The notes under the pieces were generated by a model. It worked only from the letters and a program-made list of their open reading frames with translations, ran no database searches and was not told the DNA's origin. Shown piece after piece: positions 1-8,896 of a DNA stretch of 39,531 nt (positions are counted from its first letter, which is position 1; each line of letters opens with the position of its first letter). The stretch spans positions 1 to 39,531 of the forward strand of contig JACMMG010000015.1 of NCBI GenBank assembly GCA_014379165.1, read 5' to 3'. Both the position numbers and the translations under genes were made by a program. The stretch comes from Candidatus Parcubacteria bacterium. GTDB lineage: Bacteria; Patescibacteriota; Minisyncoccia; Phycocordibacterales; SBAW01.

Positions 1-274
1 CTCGTATGGCAAGATTGTCTCTGCCATTTTTGCAGTAGGCTTCAAATGCCTCCCGGGAGAAGATGTTCATGTTGCAAGCGATTGCTGCCGCATGAAAAGT
101 GCCTATTGCCTCCCCAAACGTTTCCTTGAGGCGTAATCTGCCTACCTTAAGGCGAAAAAGAAGGTTTTCTTGCGTTTGTGGCGGGCCCTCTTCCAGTTCT
201 GCCGGGTAACGTTGTTGGAGAAATTGTCCCAGTTCTTGCATTTCTGCAGGGGTGAGTCCACTGTGCACATTCAT
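1..274 (-). CDS. hypothetical protein, N-terminal fragment (gene runs off left edge)
   Basis: Manual reverse translation finds ATG at 274-272 with an AAAGGGGA SD-like motif ~8 nt upstream. The frame is open to position 1 (MNVHSGLTPAEMQELGQFLQQRYP...). It is absent from the ORF track because there is no in-window stop. An alternative in-frame ATG lies at 295-293. Confidence 0.35.
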   Translation of the reverse strand, partial: MNVHSGLTPAEMQELGQFLQQRYPAELEEGPPQTQENLLFRLKVGRLRLKETFGEAIGTFHAAAIACNMNIFSREAFEAYCKNGRDNLAIR

Positions 275-399
275 AGCAAATCCCCTTTTTCTCATACTCG
301 ATTGAGATCTGTCCGCTTCTACTAAAACTTTAGCACGTCGAAAGAGGTAAATCATCGACCGACTTGCCAAACTGCGGTATAGTGGCAGTGAATCTTCTA

Positions 400-428
400 A
401 AAATAAAAAACCCCGCCAGAAGGCGTGG
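400..428 (-). terminator. intrinsic terminator downstream of 454..702 ORF
   Basis: The minus strand reads CCACGCC-TTCT-GGCGGGG (7-bp stem, one mismatch) followed by TTTTTTATTTT. Confidence 0.55.
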
Positions 429-453
429 TTAAACCTCGATTGGAGTCACCGCA

Positions 454-702
454 TTACTTCATTAGGCTCCACCGTCTGCTTCTTTCAGAAGTTACAGAAA
501 CCTCTTTGTTTTGCTGAGCCAAACGTTGAAGGGACTCAATCACGAGCCTTTCAATGCGGAAGAAAGAAGCATTTACGAACCACCCCTTTTTACGCAGGGG
601 ATACTCGATGAGGTAGGCAATTTGCAGGGCGGTCTGACCTTTTGGCTCCAGGACACCAAGAACGATTTCGTCGAGCGCCTTGTCTGAATGAGATTTCGGC
701 AT
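454..702 (-). CDS. hypothetical small protein (82 aa)
   Basis: ORF from the track, followed by an intrinsic terminator. No family recognised. Confidence 0.5.
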   Translation of the reverse strand: MPKSHSDKALDEIVLGVLEPKGQTALQIAYLIEYPLRKKGWFVNASFFRIERLVIESLQRLAQQNKEVSVTSERSRRWSLMK

Positions 703-769
703 CGTATGTACCCTTTGACTTTTACTCTGCGTCTAGAATAGGGAAAGCAGGAGTAAAGTCAATCGCGGC

Positions 770-2353
770 TCAACTCTTACGTTCCCTATATTGGAGTGCC
801 TCGAGAATATGAGACTCTTCGATGCTTTCTGACCCATCGAGGTCCGCTATAGTGCGCGCAACTTTTATAACGCGGTGGAATGCTCGCGGAGAAAGATTTA
901 GGCGTTCCCCCGCTTTTTCTAGGGTCAAGCGTACCGGAATACCAAGCGGTACTTTTTCTTCAAGCTCCCTTGGCGAGAGGTCGCTGTTTGTTTTGCCTGA
1001 CGCACCAAATCGCCTTTCTTGCATCGCGCGCGCCGCAAGCACCTGTTTACGCGCCAAACCTGTTTCATCGAATTCAGTATTTCTTTTTCCAAGTTCACCG
1101 AGCTCAATCGGCCCCATGACAGCCCAGAGGTCTATACGGTCAGCAATTGGCCCCGACATTTTTCTGCGATATCGCTCAAGATTTGAAGGCGAGCATGTGC
1201 ATGCGATAACCGGGTGGCCCCAATTGCCGCAGGGGCACGGGTTCATAGCGGCAACAAGCGTAAAGCGTGCCGGAAACAAAGCGCTTCCTTTTGCCCGTGC
1301 AACGGAAATAACGCGGTCTTCCATCGGCTGACGCAGCGCCTCAATAACGCGCCGGTCAAACTCGGGGAACTCATCCATAAATAAGACACCACGATGCGCG
1401 AGTGTCGCTTCACCAGGACGTACTGCAGTTCCACCACCGACAATTGAAACGTACGAAGCGGTGTGGTGGGGCGAGCGCATGGGAGCGGTCGTCATGATTT
1501 CTCCGCGCAATACTCCGGCAATAGAATGAATACTGTTTACTTCAAGCACTTCATCAAATGACAGTGGGGGCAAAATTGACGCCAGGGCGCGAGCAAGCAT
1601 TGTCTTTCCGGTGCCCGGAGGTCCCGAAAGCCCAAGATTGTGTCCACCCGCAGCAGCGATCAGTGCCGCGCGTTTTGCATTTGCTTGGCCGCGAATGTCT
1701 TCAAATGCGAACTGCGAATCTCCAAAATCAGTGATAAGTTCGGTTTGCTGCGCTGGTGTAAGTGGTGAGACTTCTTTTTTACCCGACGCTTTGGTCGGGC
1801 TTCCGTCCCCTGAAGCAGAGTTTCGAGGCGGCTTTTTTATATTCAAAAAATTAACGACCTCTTGGAGCGTCTGTGCGCCGTAGATTTCTATACCTGGCAC
1901 AAGTGCGGCTTCGCGCTCATTTTCTTTCGGTACGAATACCGCCCGCTTCCCTTTCTTTTTTGCTTCAGCAACAAGTGGCAAGATACCACGTACGCCTCGT
2001 AGCTGCCCGTCTAGCGATAGTTCGCCGACAAAAAGATACGGCTCCGGATCAAATCGAATATCATCTGCCGCCAAAAGATATGAAAGCGCTATAGGGAGAT
2101 CGAGCATCGGCCCCTCTTTACGCATATCGGCAGGGGCAAGAGAGATGACGATTTTCTGATTGCGACTCTTGGGTGATTCAAAACCTGCATGCTTGATCGC
2201 ACTTGCTACTCTGTCGCGCGATTCTTCAACGGCTTTGTCGGGAAGGCCGACAATAGTAAAGGCGTGCAGGCCACGTGAAAGATCCGTCTCTACCGAGACG
2301 ATATATGGAGTCAAAAAAGATGTCTGCGCTCCGTAAACACGGGCGTAGTTCAT
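770..2353 (-). CDS. comM: YifB/ComM-family Mg-chelatase-like ATPase
   Basis: Track ORF 770..2422. Walker A GPPGTGKT, an N-terminal Lon-S16-like region (VSVETDLSRGLHAFTIVGLPD) and a C-terminal ChlI/ComM-like region. Start moved to ATG 2353 (MNYARVYGAQ...), which matches typical family N-termini. Confidence 0.9.
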   Translation of the reverse strand: MNYARVYGAQTSFLTPYIVSVETDLSRGLHAFTIVGLPDKAVEESRDRVASAIKHAGFESPKSRNQKIVISLAPADMRKEGPMLDLPIALSYLLAADDIRFDPEPYLFVGELSLDGQLRGVRGILPLVAEAKKKGKRAVFVPKENEREAALVPGIEIYGAQTLQEVVNFLNIKKPPRNSASGDGSPTKASGKKEVSPLTPAQQTELITDFGDSQFAFEDIRGQANAKRAALIAAAGGHNLGLSGPPGTGKTMLARALASILPPLSFDEVLEVNSIHSIAGVLRGEIMTTAPMRSPHHTASYVSIVGGGTAVRPGEATLAHRGVLFMDEFPEFDRRVIEALRQPMEDRVISVARAKGSALFPARFTLVAAMNPCPCGNWGHPVIACTCSPSNLERYRRKMSGPIADRIDLWAVMGPIELGELGKRNTEFDETGLARKQVLAARAMQERRFGASGKTNSDLSPRELEEKVPLGIPVRLTLEKAGERLNLSPRAFHRVIKVARTIADLDGSESIEESHILEALQYRERKS

Positions 2354-2434
2354 GGCGGAAATCTGAAGGTGAGTAAAAAGCCGCCGGTTTCCCCTAAACT
2401 TCTGAAGTCGGGCGTCCGGCAAAGCCGGATTAGC

Positions 2435-2791
2435 CTACATGTGGGCCTTGCAAGTTCGCGCTGCCGGGTCTGCCTCCAGTCGAGCTTCTTCAATAGGTTC
2501 CCCTCCTATTTCGCACACACCATACTGCCCATTTGAAATTTTATCAAGCGCCGTTTTTATTTCGTTGTACCGCACTTCGAGCGTGTCGTTTATCGCGCGA
2601 TTCTGCGTATACTCCTCAAGTTTGTCTGCCGCCTCGTTAGCGTCGGCCATCGGCGTTGCCGTATCCATCTTTGTTTCCTTTGCTTCCCAATCTGCAGGGT
2701 TCTCAGGATTTTGAGTGCCTACCGATTTCAATTCTGTTTCCACGCTTTTGAATTCTGCTTCCAACTTCTCTTTAAAGTGTTCTGTATTCAT
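2435..2791 (-). CDS. DksA/TraR-family zinc-finger-like protein
   Basis: 118 aa with an acidic coiled-coil N-half and a C-terminal CEIGGEPIEEARLEADPAARTCKAH resembling the DksA/TraR finger. Only two Cys are visible, so the C4 finger is degenerate. Confidence 0.75.
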   Translation of the reverse strand: MNTEHFKEKLEAEFKSVETELKSVGTQNPENPADWEAKETKMDTATPMADANEAADKLEEYTQNRAINDTLEVRYNEIKTALDKISNGQYGVCEIGGEPIEEARLEADPAARTCKAHM

Positions 2792-2950
2792 ATGAAAGCT
2801 TTATAATCTAGTGAAGTGAGTGAATAAGAGTGTGCTTTTTGCCGTTGCTGGCTCGGAAAAGAAAGTATACTTTCTTTTCTCTCGCTCAGCTAGGCAATAA
2901 AAGTTTACTTTTAATTCCGAGCGAACGACGATTATATAATCCGTAGGATT

Positions 2951-4216
2951 CTATATACTAACAGGAGCGCTCTCGAAGCGCGAGATAACCTCGCGCAGCG
3001 TGTATTCGTTGGTAGTTATCACAATCGTGCTGCGGTCAAGAAATGTCCAAAGCAAAAGTACATCACCGTTTTCGTTCAATATCGCGCGTGCGTCATGATT
3101 TTCCACAACGCTGTCACTAAATTTTGTCGGCACCACTCGCACCGGTGTAGTGCTTGCAGTTGAAGTCGCAATATTTTCTTCAGGAATGCGAGCTCGTGGT
3201 GTGCGCGTAAAAAATGGAGCAAGGTCGTACTGCATGGTTGATTCCCATTTCAACATACCGGAATAGGCTTGTTGGTACGAGTCGACTCGAAGTACAAGAA
3301 ATGGCTGATTACCATCAAAAGAATGAATGCCGAGTAGGTATGGTTCTGGCATTATCGTGCGCGCGAGCGATTGCGGGAGCAACAGCGAAAGAATGGAAAG
3401 GAATTGACCGCTATCGATCGGACTGTACGTCGCTTCTCCATTTGTGCCAGTAGACGCTTGTGCCAAATATATTCGCTCAATGAGCCCGAGCGAAAGACTG
3501 AGACTGTCGCGCTCTGCTTGAAGAATATTCATTACTGCACCTTTTGATAAGTCGGCGGGGCGTATTGCGATACTTTTAGTTTCATCAACGATAATAAAAG
3601 GTGCCTGAGAAGCATTTTGCAGCGGGTCTAGCGGCCGCGTCTTAAGATATACGAAATAAAAAATCCCTGCTGCCAGCGTAAAAAATAAAATCCCTACCAG
3701 GACCATGCCAGTACGAAGAAGCCATTTCTTTATTGATGATTCTCCGCGCGGTGAAGCAGGAGCCTCGACAGGTTTTTTCGAGCGTCGTGCTGCCTCAGCA
3801 GCAGCTATCGAAACGACGGAAATATTTTTTTGTCCAACTACTTTTTCGATATCACCTTGATACGTTTCTATAGGTCGTACGAACGATTCTTCTTTTGGAG
3901 GCTGCACGGCGGGCTGTCTTGAAATAGATCCTTCTTGCTCAACCGGTCGTAAGGTAGCGTTTTGTTCCGACTCAAGAAGCGCTCCGGCGTTAATACGCTG
4001 TGCATTTGCAGGATCGTGAACCTCCTTTTTTGGTAGGAGGATTTTATCCAGGTCAATACCCGTATTTCCGCCTGTCTGTCCAGTGGGCTGGGTAGGCAGA
4101 ATCCCCGCATCCTGCGGTTTAGAATTCTTTGCGGGGTCTTGGGGGTTGTTCTTGTCTTCCTGTGGCATTGGTTGTTGATGGCTTGAGGCCGCGGCGTGTG
4201 GCAAACTCGGGGTCAA
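2951..4216 (-). CDS. hypothetical membrane-anchored protein
   Basis: 421-aa ORF with a Pro/Gln-rich low-complexity N-terminus, one clear TM helix (WLLRTGMVLVGILFFTLAAGIFYFVYL) and a ~230-aa C-terminal domain of no recognised family. The first ATG overlaps the pnp 3' end by 98 nt, so the true start is uncertain (next ATG at 4168). Confidence 0.6.
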   Translation of the reverse strand: MTPSLPHAAASSHQQPMPQEDKNNPQDPAKNSKPQDAGILPTQPTGQTGGNTGIDLDKILLPKKEVHDPANAQRINAGALLESEQNATLRPVEQEGSISRQPAVQPPKEESFVRPIETYQGDIEKVVGQKNISVVSIAAAEAARRSKKPVEAPASPRGESSIKKWLLRTGMVLVGILFFTLAAGIFYFVYLKTRPLDPLQNASQAPFIIVDETKSIAIRPADLSKGAVMNILQAERDSLSLSLGLIERIYLAQASTGTNGEATYSPIDSGQFLSILSLLLPQSLARTIMPEPYLLGIHSFDGNQPFLVLRVDSYQQAYSGMLKWESTMQYDLAPFFTRTPRARIPEENIATSTASTTPVRVVPTKFSDSVVENHDARAILNENGDVLLLWTFLDRSTIVITTNEYTLREVISRFESAPVSI

Positions 4217-6299
4217 CCATTTTAATAGAAAGGTTGATACGGCCTTTTTCGTCGATCTCCTTTATCATAACTCGCACTTTGTCCCCGACCGCAACGGCAC
4301 TTCCTATCTTATCCACTCGAAACGGCGCAACTTCAGAAACATGCACGAGCCCTTCGGCATCTTTGCCTGGGCCAATGCGCACGAATGCGCCGAAGTCCAT
4401 GAGGCGCGTTACTTCTCCGTCATATGTCTCCCCTGCTTTGTACTCCTTCACGATAGCCTCGATCATTTCTTTTGCTTTCGCCGCGGTGCCGCCCTTGCCG
4501 GTGATGAATACAGAACCGTCATCCTCTATTGTGATGTCCTCAACGCCAGAAACATCTTTGATACCATTGATCGTTTTACCGCCACCGCCTATTACGAGGC
4601 CTATTTGTTCGGGTTTCACGCGCATGCTTATTATTTCCGGCGCGCGTGGGCTGATATTGGGGCGCGCCGCAGCGATCTCTTTTTCGATAACATCAAGTAT
4701 CTGCAAGCGCGCGGCTTTTGCCCCTGCGAGCGCTTCAACTAAAACGGGTACGGCAACGCCGTCGAGTTTTATATCCATTTGAATAGCAGTAATCCCCTGC
4801 CTCGTGCCGGCAACTTTAAAGTCCATGCCGCCAAATTCGTCTTCAGGACCTTGAATGTCGGTTAAAACACGGTAGTCATTACCGTGGGTCATAAGTCCCA
4901 TTGCAATACCGGCAACAGGGCGCGTAATCGGCACGCCGCCGTCCATGAGTGCAAGTGTCGCTGCGCACGTTGAGCCCATCGATGTTGAACCATTACTTGC
5001 AAGACATTCGGAAACGACGCGTATGGTGTAGGGAAAATCTGCAGCGGCTGGTAAAACCGGCTCAAGTGCTTTTTCCGCTAAGGCGCCATGGCCGATCATG
5101 CGGCGGTTAAGTCCGCCCATGCGTCCTGTTTCGCCGGCCGAATATGGCGGGAAGTTGTAATGATGCATGAAGCGTTTCTTTCCTTCCTGACTTTCCATCG
5201 TATCAATAAGCTGCGAGTCGCCAGGACCTCCGAGTGTGAGCGCTGAAAAGACATGTGTACCTCCGCGATAGAAAATTCCCGAGCCATGGAGAATTTCGGA
5301 AACGCCGCCAGCTTTTGCGTAAAGCGGGCGCACTTCGTTAAATGCACGGCTGTCTGCACGCTTATTGTCTTCCACTGCGCCGCGATGGATTTCTTCGTCG
5401 ACTTTATCTTCGAAAAATCGTTTTGCGATCGAAGATTTCATTTCTTTTAATTCTTCCATTTCGGCCACGCGCATCATCCATGCATCAGAAAGTTCATATA
5501 TTGCATCTTTGCTTGGTTTTCCGCAGAAAACCGCCGCGTTCAATTTTCCTGCAAACTCGGTTTGGAAAAGATTGGTAAGTGCGGAAGGTACTTCTGGTTT
5601 TTCTGCTGAGCGTTTTTCTTTTCCGATCTCTGCAATTATTTTTTTCTGCCACGCTAAAATTTTATTGTGTTCTTCTACTGCACGCGCAAATCCGTTTGCT
5701 ACGTCTTCTTCAGACGCTTCACTGCCCGCGACCTCGATCATGTTTATTGTTCCATCTTTGCCGCATGCCAAAACATCGAGCGAAGATTTTTCGCGCTGCG
5801 CATATGTTGGGTTTATCACTACTTCGCCGTCAATGTTTCCAATGCGCACTGCTGCAACTGGACCACCCCACGGAATATCGGATGTTGAGAGTGCAAGCGA
5901 TGCCGCGTTAACCGCGATCGCATCAGGATCTTCTTCGTCGAGCGCCAAGACAGTAATGATGACTTGTACTTCGTTGCGAATATATTGTGGAAATAGTGGA
6001 CGTATCGTGCGGTCAACAACGCGACCGGAAAGTATCGCTTGCTCGGAGGGCCGGCCTTCGCGCCGCATAAATCGTGAACCTAAAATTGCGCCCGCGGCAT
6101 AGAAGCGCTCTTCGTAATCAACAGTGAGCGGAAAATAATCTATTTCGTCGCGGGTTTTTGCGCTCATCACTGCGGTTGCGAGTACTGCAGTATTGCCGTA
6201 ACGCAAGATGACCGAGCCGTCGGCTTGTTCGGCAAGGTCGGTGAACTCGGCGATCATTTTTTTGCCGCCGATCTCTGTCTCAAAACTTTTGCTTTGCAT
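4119..6299 (-). CDS. pnp: polyribonucleotide nucleotidyltransferase (PNPase)
   Basis: 726 aa with duplicated RNase PH domains plus C-terminal KH and S1 (GEVTRLMDFGAFVRI) regions. Typical PNPase length and order. Confidence 0.95.
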   Translation of the reverse strand: MQSKSFETEIGGKKMIAEFTDLAEQADGSVILRYGNTAVLATAVMSAKTRDEIDYFPLTVDYEERFYAAGAILGSRFMRREGRPSEQAILSGRVVDRTIRPLFPQYIRNEVQVIITVLALDEEDPDAIAVNAASLALSTSDIPWGGPVAAVRIGNIDGEVVINPTYAQREKSSLDVLACGKDGTINMIEVAGSEASEEDVANGFARAVEEHNKILAWQKKIIAEIGKEKRSAEKPEVPSALTNLFQTEFAGKLNAAVFCGKPSKDAIYELSDAWMMRVAEMEELKEMKSSIAKRFFEDKVDEEIHRGAVEDNKRADSRAFNEVRPLYAKAGGVSEILHGSGIFYRGGTHVFSALTLGGPGDSQLIDTMESQEGKKRFMHHYNFPPYSAGETGRMGGLNRRMIGHGALAEKALEPVLPAAADFPYTIRVVSECLASNGSTSMGSTCAATLALMDGGVPITRPVAGIAMGLMTHGNDYRVLTDIQGPEDEFGGMDFKVAGTRQGITAIQMDIKLDGVAVPVLVEALAGAKAARLQILDVIEKEIAAARPNISPRAPEIISMRVKPEQIGLVIGGGGKTINGIKDVSGVEDITIEDDGSVFITGKGGTAAKAKEMIEAIVKEYKAGETYDGEVTRLMDFGAFVRIGPGKDAEGLVHVSEVAPFRVDKIGSAVAVGDKVRVMIKEIDEKGRINLSIKMVDPEFATRRGLKPSTTNATGRQEQPPRPRKEF

Positions 6300-6460
6300 A
6301 ATGGGCCTATTGTTAGACCCTCGAATTTTAGGTCACAAACCTGGTATTTCGGCTTCGCCGAGGGTTTGCTGGCCTACCTATTCAAGGGCCGGTTACTAAT
6401 AGAGAAAATATATCAAAAAAGCCCCTATTACGCCATATTTGGGAAGCGTCAAGAACTGAC

Positions 6461-6490
6461 TTGACACAAGCCTAACTGATATGGTATAAT
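6461..6490 (+). promoter_or_regulatory. sigma70-type promoter for 6552..7520
   Basis: TTGACA (6461-6466), 18-nt spacer, TGgTATAAT extended -10 (TATAAT 6485-6490). Confidence 0.6.
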
Positions 6491-6551
6491 AGACAGGAAT
6501 GCACGCCTAAAGGACTATCCTAGGGCGAATAATTGAAAAGGAGGGCAAAAA

Positions 6552-7520
6552 TTGAGATATACCTTCTATACAAGCATCCTTCTGCTGGTGGCGCTTGCCG
6601 CTGGCTTTGGGATGAGCCGCCTCACTCAGCCGGCCTCTTTCGAGTTGGCATTGGCTGAGGCGGAGATGAAAGAGGCCGATCCGCAGCTTGCTGCGGCTCT
6701 GGCACAATACCCCGAGGCAACTCGGCGGGTGCTCACAATTTACGGGCACACGCAGGAGTTCCAGGAGGTATTGCATTGGTATGGGCACAATCAAGTCGTG
6801 CCCATCATCAACAAGTGCCTTGCCGGGGGTGGCGACACGCTTATCGAGCTTGGCAACGACCTCGATGAGCTAATCGATGCGGCGTGGAACTGGCGCAAGC
6901 CGGAACTCACAGCATTCGATCCCGTACAGTGCGGTTGGCGAGCGATCGTTCTGACGCACGAAACCGGGAACGACTTTCTTGGGCAGTTCGTTATTGACCA
7001 TGAAAGCGGTAACGCCATGCGTCGCCCCAGCAACTCCATGCTCGCGGTGGTTAAGGGTCTGACCATTAGTGGGCTTCAAAAACTCGAGGAGCGTTTCATC
7101 TTGGGTGAAAGCCCGACGCTCACCGAGTGGGGTATGGGGGCGCTTGACCTCGCGATAATTGGCGCGGCTGGAAAGTCGGTTGCGGTGATCGTAAAGGGAG
7201 GGCTCGCCAAGAAGGCTCTTCCCCGCACTCTCGTGGGCCGCTTTGCAGCAGCCAATCGTGGGGTGCTCACGGTCGCCAAGGCCTATGCGCCGACACTCGC
7301 AAAGTACGGAACGATTGTGGGGGTGGGATACTTGGCGATCTATCATCCCGCAATCATTACTGGATGGGCAGGGACAATCGCTGAAGTGCTCGGCTTTGAC
7401 CCCCTCCTCATCCAGACGTTGGTCTGGGGGGCGATTCTCTTTGTTCCCGTCTGGCTTATCCTCAGCATAATCTCCCCTTTCATCTGGCTTTTCCGGATCG
7501 GAAGGGGAATAACGAGGTGA
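6552..7520 (+). CDS. hypothetical membrane protein (orphan, G+C-richer)
   Basis: TTG start preceded by AAGGAGGG (6538-6545). N-terminal TM/signal segment and C-terminal TM helices. No family recognised. Own promoter and terminator. Confidence 0.6.
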   Translation: MRYTFYTSILLLVALAAGFGMSRLTQPASFELALAEAEMKEADPQLAAALAQYPEATRRVLTIYGHTQEFQEVLHWYGHNQVVPIINKCLAGGGDTLIELGNDLDELIDAAWNWRKPELTAFDPVQCGWRAIVLTHETGNDFLGQFVIDHESGNAMRRPSNSMLAVVKGLTISGLQKLEERFILGESPTLTEWGMGALDLAIIGAAGKSVAVIVKGGLAKKALPRTLVGRFAAANRGVLTVAKAYAPTLAKYGTIVGVGYLAIYHPAIITGWAGTIAEVLGFDPLLIQTLVWGAILFVPVWLILSIISPFIWLFRIGRGITR

Positions 7521-7533
7521 CCAGACATGTTTC

Positions 7534-7575
7534 GATCGCCGGCGGGTAACACTGCCGGCGATCTTTCTTTTTATT
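7534..7575. terminator. strong hairpin / bidirectional terminator
   Basis: Perfect 10-bp stem GATCGCCGGC (7534-7543) / GCCGGCGATC (7554-7563) with a 10-nt loop, followed by TTTCTTTTTATT. It lies between convergent genes. Confidence 0.7.
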
Positions 7576-7584
7576 AAACAATCT

Positions 7585-8250
7585 CTATTTTTCTGGCTCG
7601 GGCTCCCCTGACATGCTTATTGCCGGGTCTTCGCTGTCAGTGTCTTCAATGTGTGCCTCTGTATTTTCTGGGCTAGTATCGGCACTTTGCGAGCGGTCTT
7701 GCCCGCCACTAGTAAAGCCTGGTATCCAGCGTCCGCCGCCCCGATAACCAATAAGATATGCGCGCGGGTCGTCGCACATGTCGATAAAGTCGTCTGCTGC
7801 TTCGCGCAGAGTGCCTGCGGACGATTTGCCAAAGGCAATAACTTCAACCTGGCACCCTTCGGTAAATCGCAAATACTCAACAAGCGGCACGAAGTCGCCA
7901 TCGCCAGTTGCCAAAATTACCGTGTCGAGCTTGTTGGCCATCGCAATGGCATCTATCGCCATGCCGATGTCCCAGTCAGCTTTCTTTGCTCCTCCGGCAA
8001 AAACGCGGATATCTTTTATTTTTGTTTCGATGCCAATTTTATTGAGCGCTTCAAAGAAACTTTTTTCCTCTTCAGACTCGGTACGTATCACGTAGGCCAC
8101 TGCGCGAATGAGTTGGCGGCCTGCGAGTGCTTCTTTAACGACCGCGCCGAAATTTACTTTTGATTTATAGAGATTTTTAGCGGAATGATAGAGATTTTGC
8201 GTGTCTATAAAAATGCCGACGCGCTGGCCTTTATGTTTGATGATAGCCAT
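7585..8250 (-). CDS. NYN-domain (LabA/DUF88-like) protein
   Basis: VGIFIDTQNLYHSAKN... and ILATGDGDFVPLVEYLR motifs typical of the NYN/LabA family, with an acidic disordered C-terminal tail. Confidence 0.85.
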   Translation of the reverse strand: MAIIKHKGQRVGIFIDTQNLYHSAKNLYKSKVNFGAVVKEALAGRQLIRAVAYVIRTESEEEKSFFEALNKIGIETKIKDIRVFAGGAKKADWDIGMAIDAIAMANKLDTVILATGDGDFVPLVEYLRFTEGCQVEVIAFGKSSAGTLREAADDFIDMCDDPRAYLIGYRGGGRWIPGFTSGGQDRSQSADTSPENTEAHIEDTDSEDPAISMSGEPEPEK

Positions 8251-8376
8251 AAAAAATAACCAGAACTATTAACAATAAATACGACAGGTACGATTAAGAA
8301 CAAAATCGCCATACCTATCGTGCAAACTAAAGCAAGTATATCACATCGTACTTGTCGTACGTTTTGTACTTGTCGT

Positions 8377-8643
8377 TTATTTCTTTAAGTCGAGTTTCTT
8401 AAGAATCGCGTTGTAGCGCTTCTTGCTGCTGTTTTCGAGATACTTCAAATGCGTGCGGCGGTCTGCAACCATCTGCAAAAGGCCTCGGCGCGAGTGTGTG
8501 TCTTTAAGATGTTTCTTTAAGTGCGTTGCAAGCTCGTCGATACGCTTGGTGAGTATCGCGATTTGCACTTCAGGAGAGCCAGTGTCTGTCTCGTGGACCG
8601 CCGCTTCCTTAATAACCTTCTCTTTTTTTCGCTTTGTAAGCAT
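8377..8643 (-). CDS. rpsO: 30S ribosomal protein S15
   Basis: TGSPEVQIAILTKRIDELATHLKKHLKDTHSRRGLLQMVADRRTHLKYL is canonical S15. Start set to ATG 8643 (88 aa) rather than the track start at 8676. Confidence 0.95.
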   Translation of the reverse strand: MLTKRKKEKVIKEAAVHETDTGSPEVQIAILTKRIDELATHLKKHLKDTHSRRGLLQMVADRRTHLKYLENSSKKRYNAILKKLDLKK

Positions 8644-8861
8644 AGTTAAAGGGAGAACTTGTAATCTCCCAGTCACATAAGCATATCACAGTACCTTCAT
8701 TTTTGCAAGCCCCCACACTAACTTTCATGTCGTTTTTTCTGCGAAGCTTTACATATGCATATTTTATCCAGTAAATCACACATACTCCGATTACCGCCTT
8801 TTTTAACAAAAAACTTCCTTCGCAACATGAAAGTTGGTGTAGGGGCAAGGAGTTTGAGTCT

Positions 8862-8896
8862 TGAAATAAAAACGACCACCCCGTTTTGAGGTGGTC
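8862..8896 (-). terminator. intrinsic terminator after SleB-like gene
   Basis: The minus strand reads GACCACC-TCAAAACGG-GGTGGTC followed by GTTTTTATTT. Confidence 0.6.

Noticed and set aside
822-2094. Plus-strand ORFs (169, 79, 90, 73 aa) within comM
   Set aside because: They are antisense frames inside a well-supported conserved gene.
4129-6464. Plus-strand ORFs (up to 245 aa) within and just upstream of pnp
   Set aside because: They are antisense or shadow frames of PNPase. Their low-complexity Ser/Ala/Pro-rich translations resemble no protein family.
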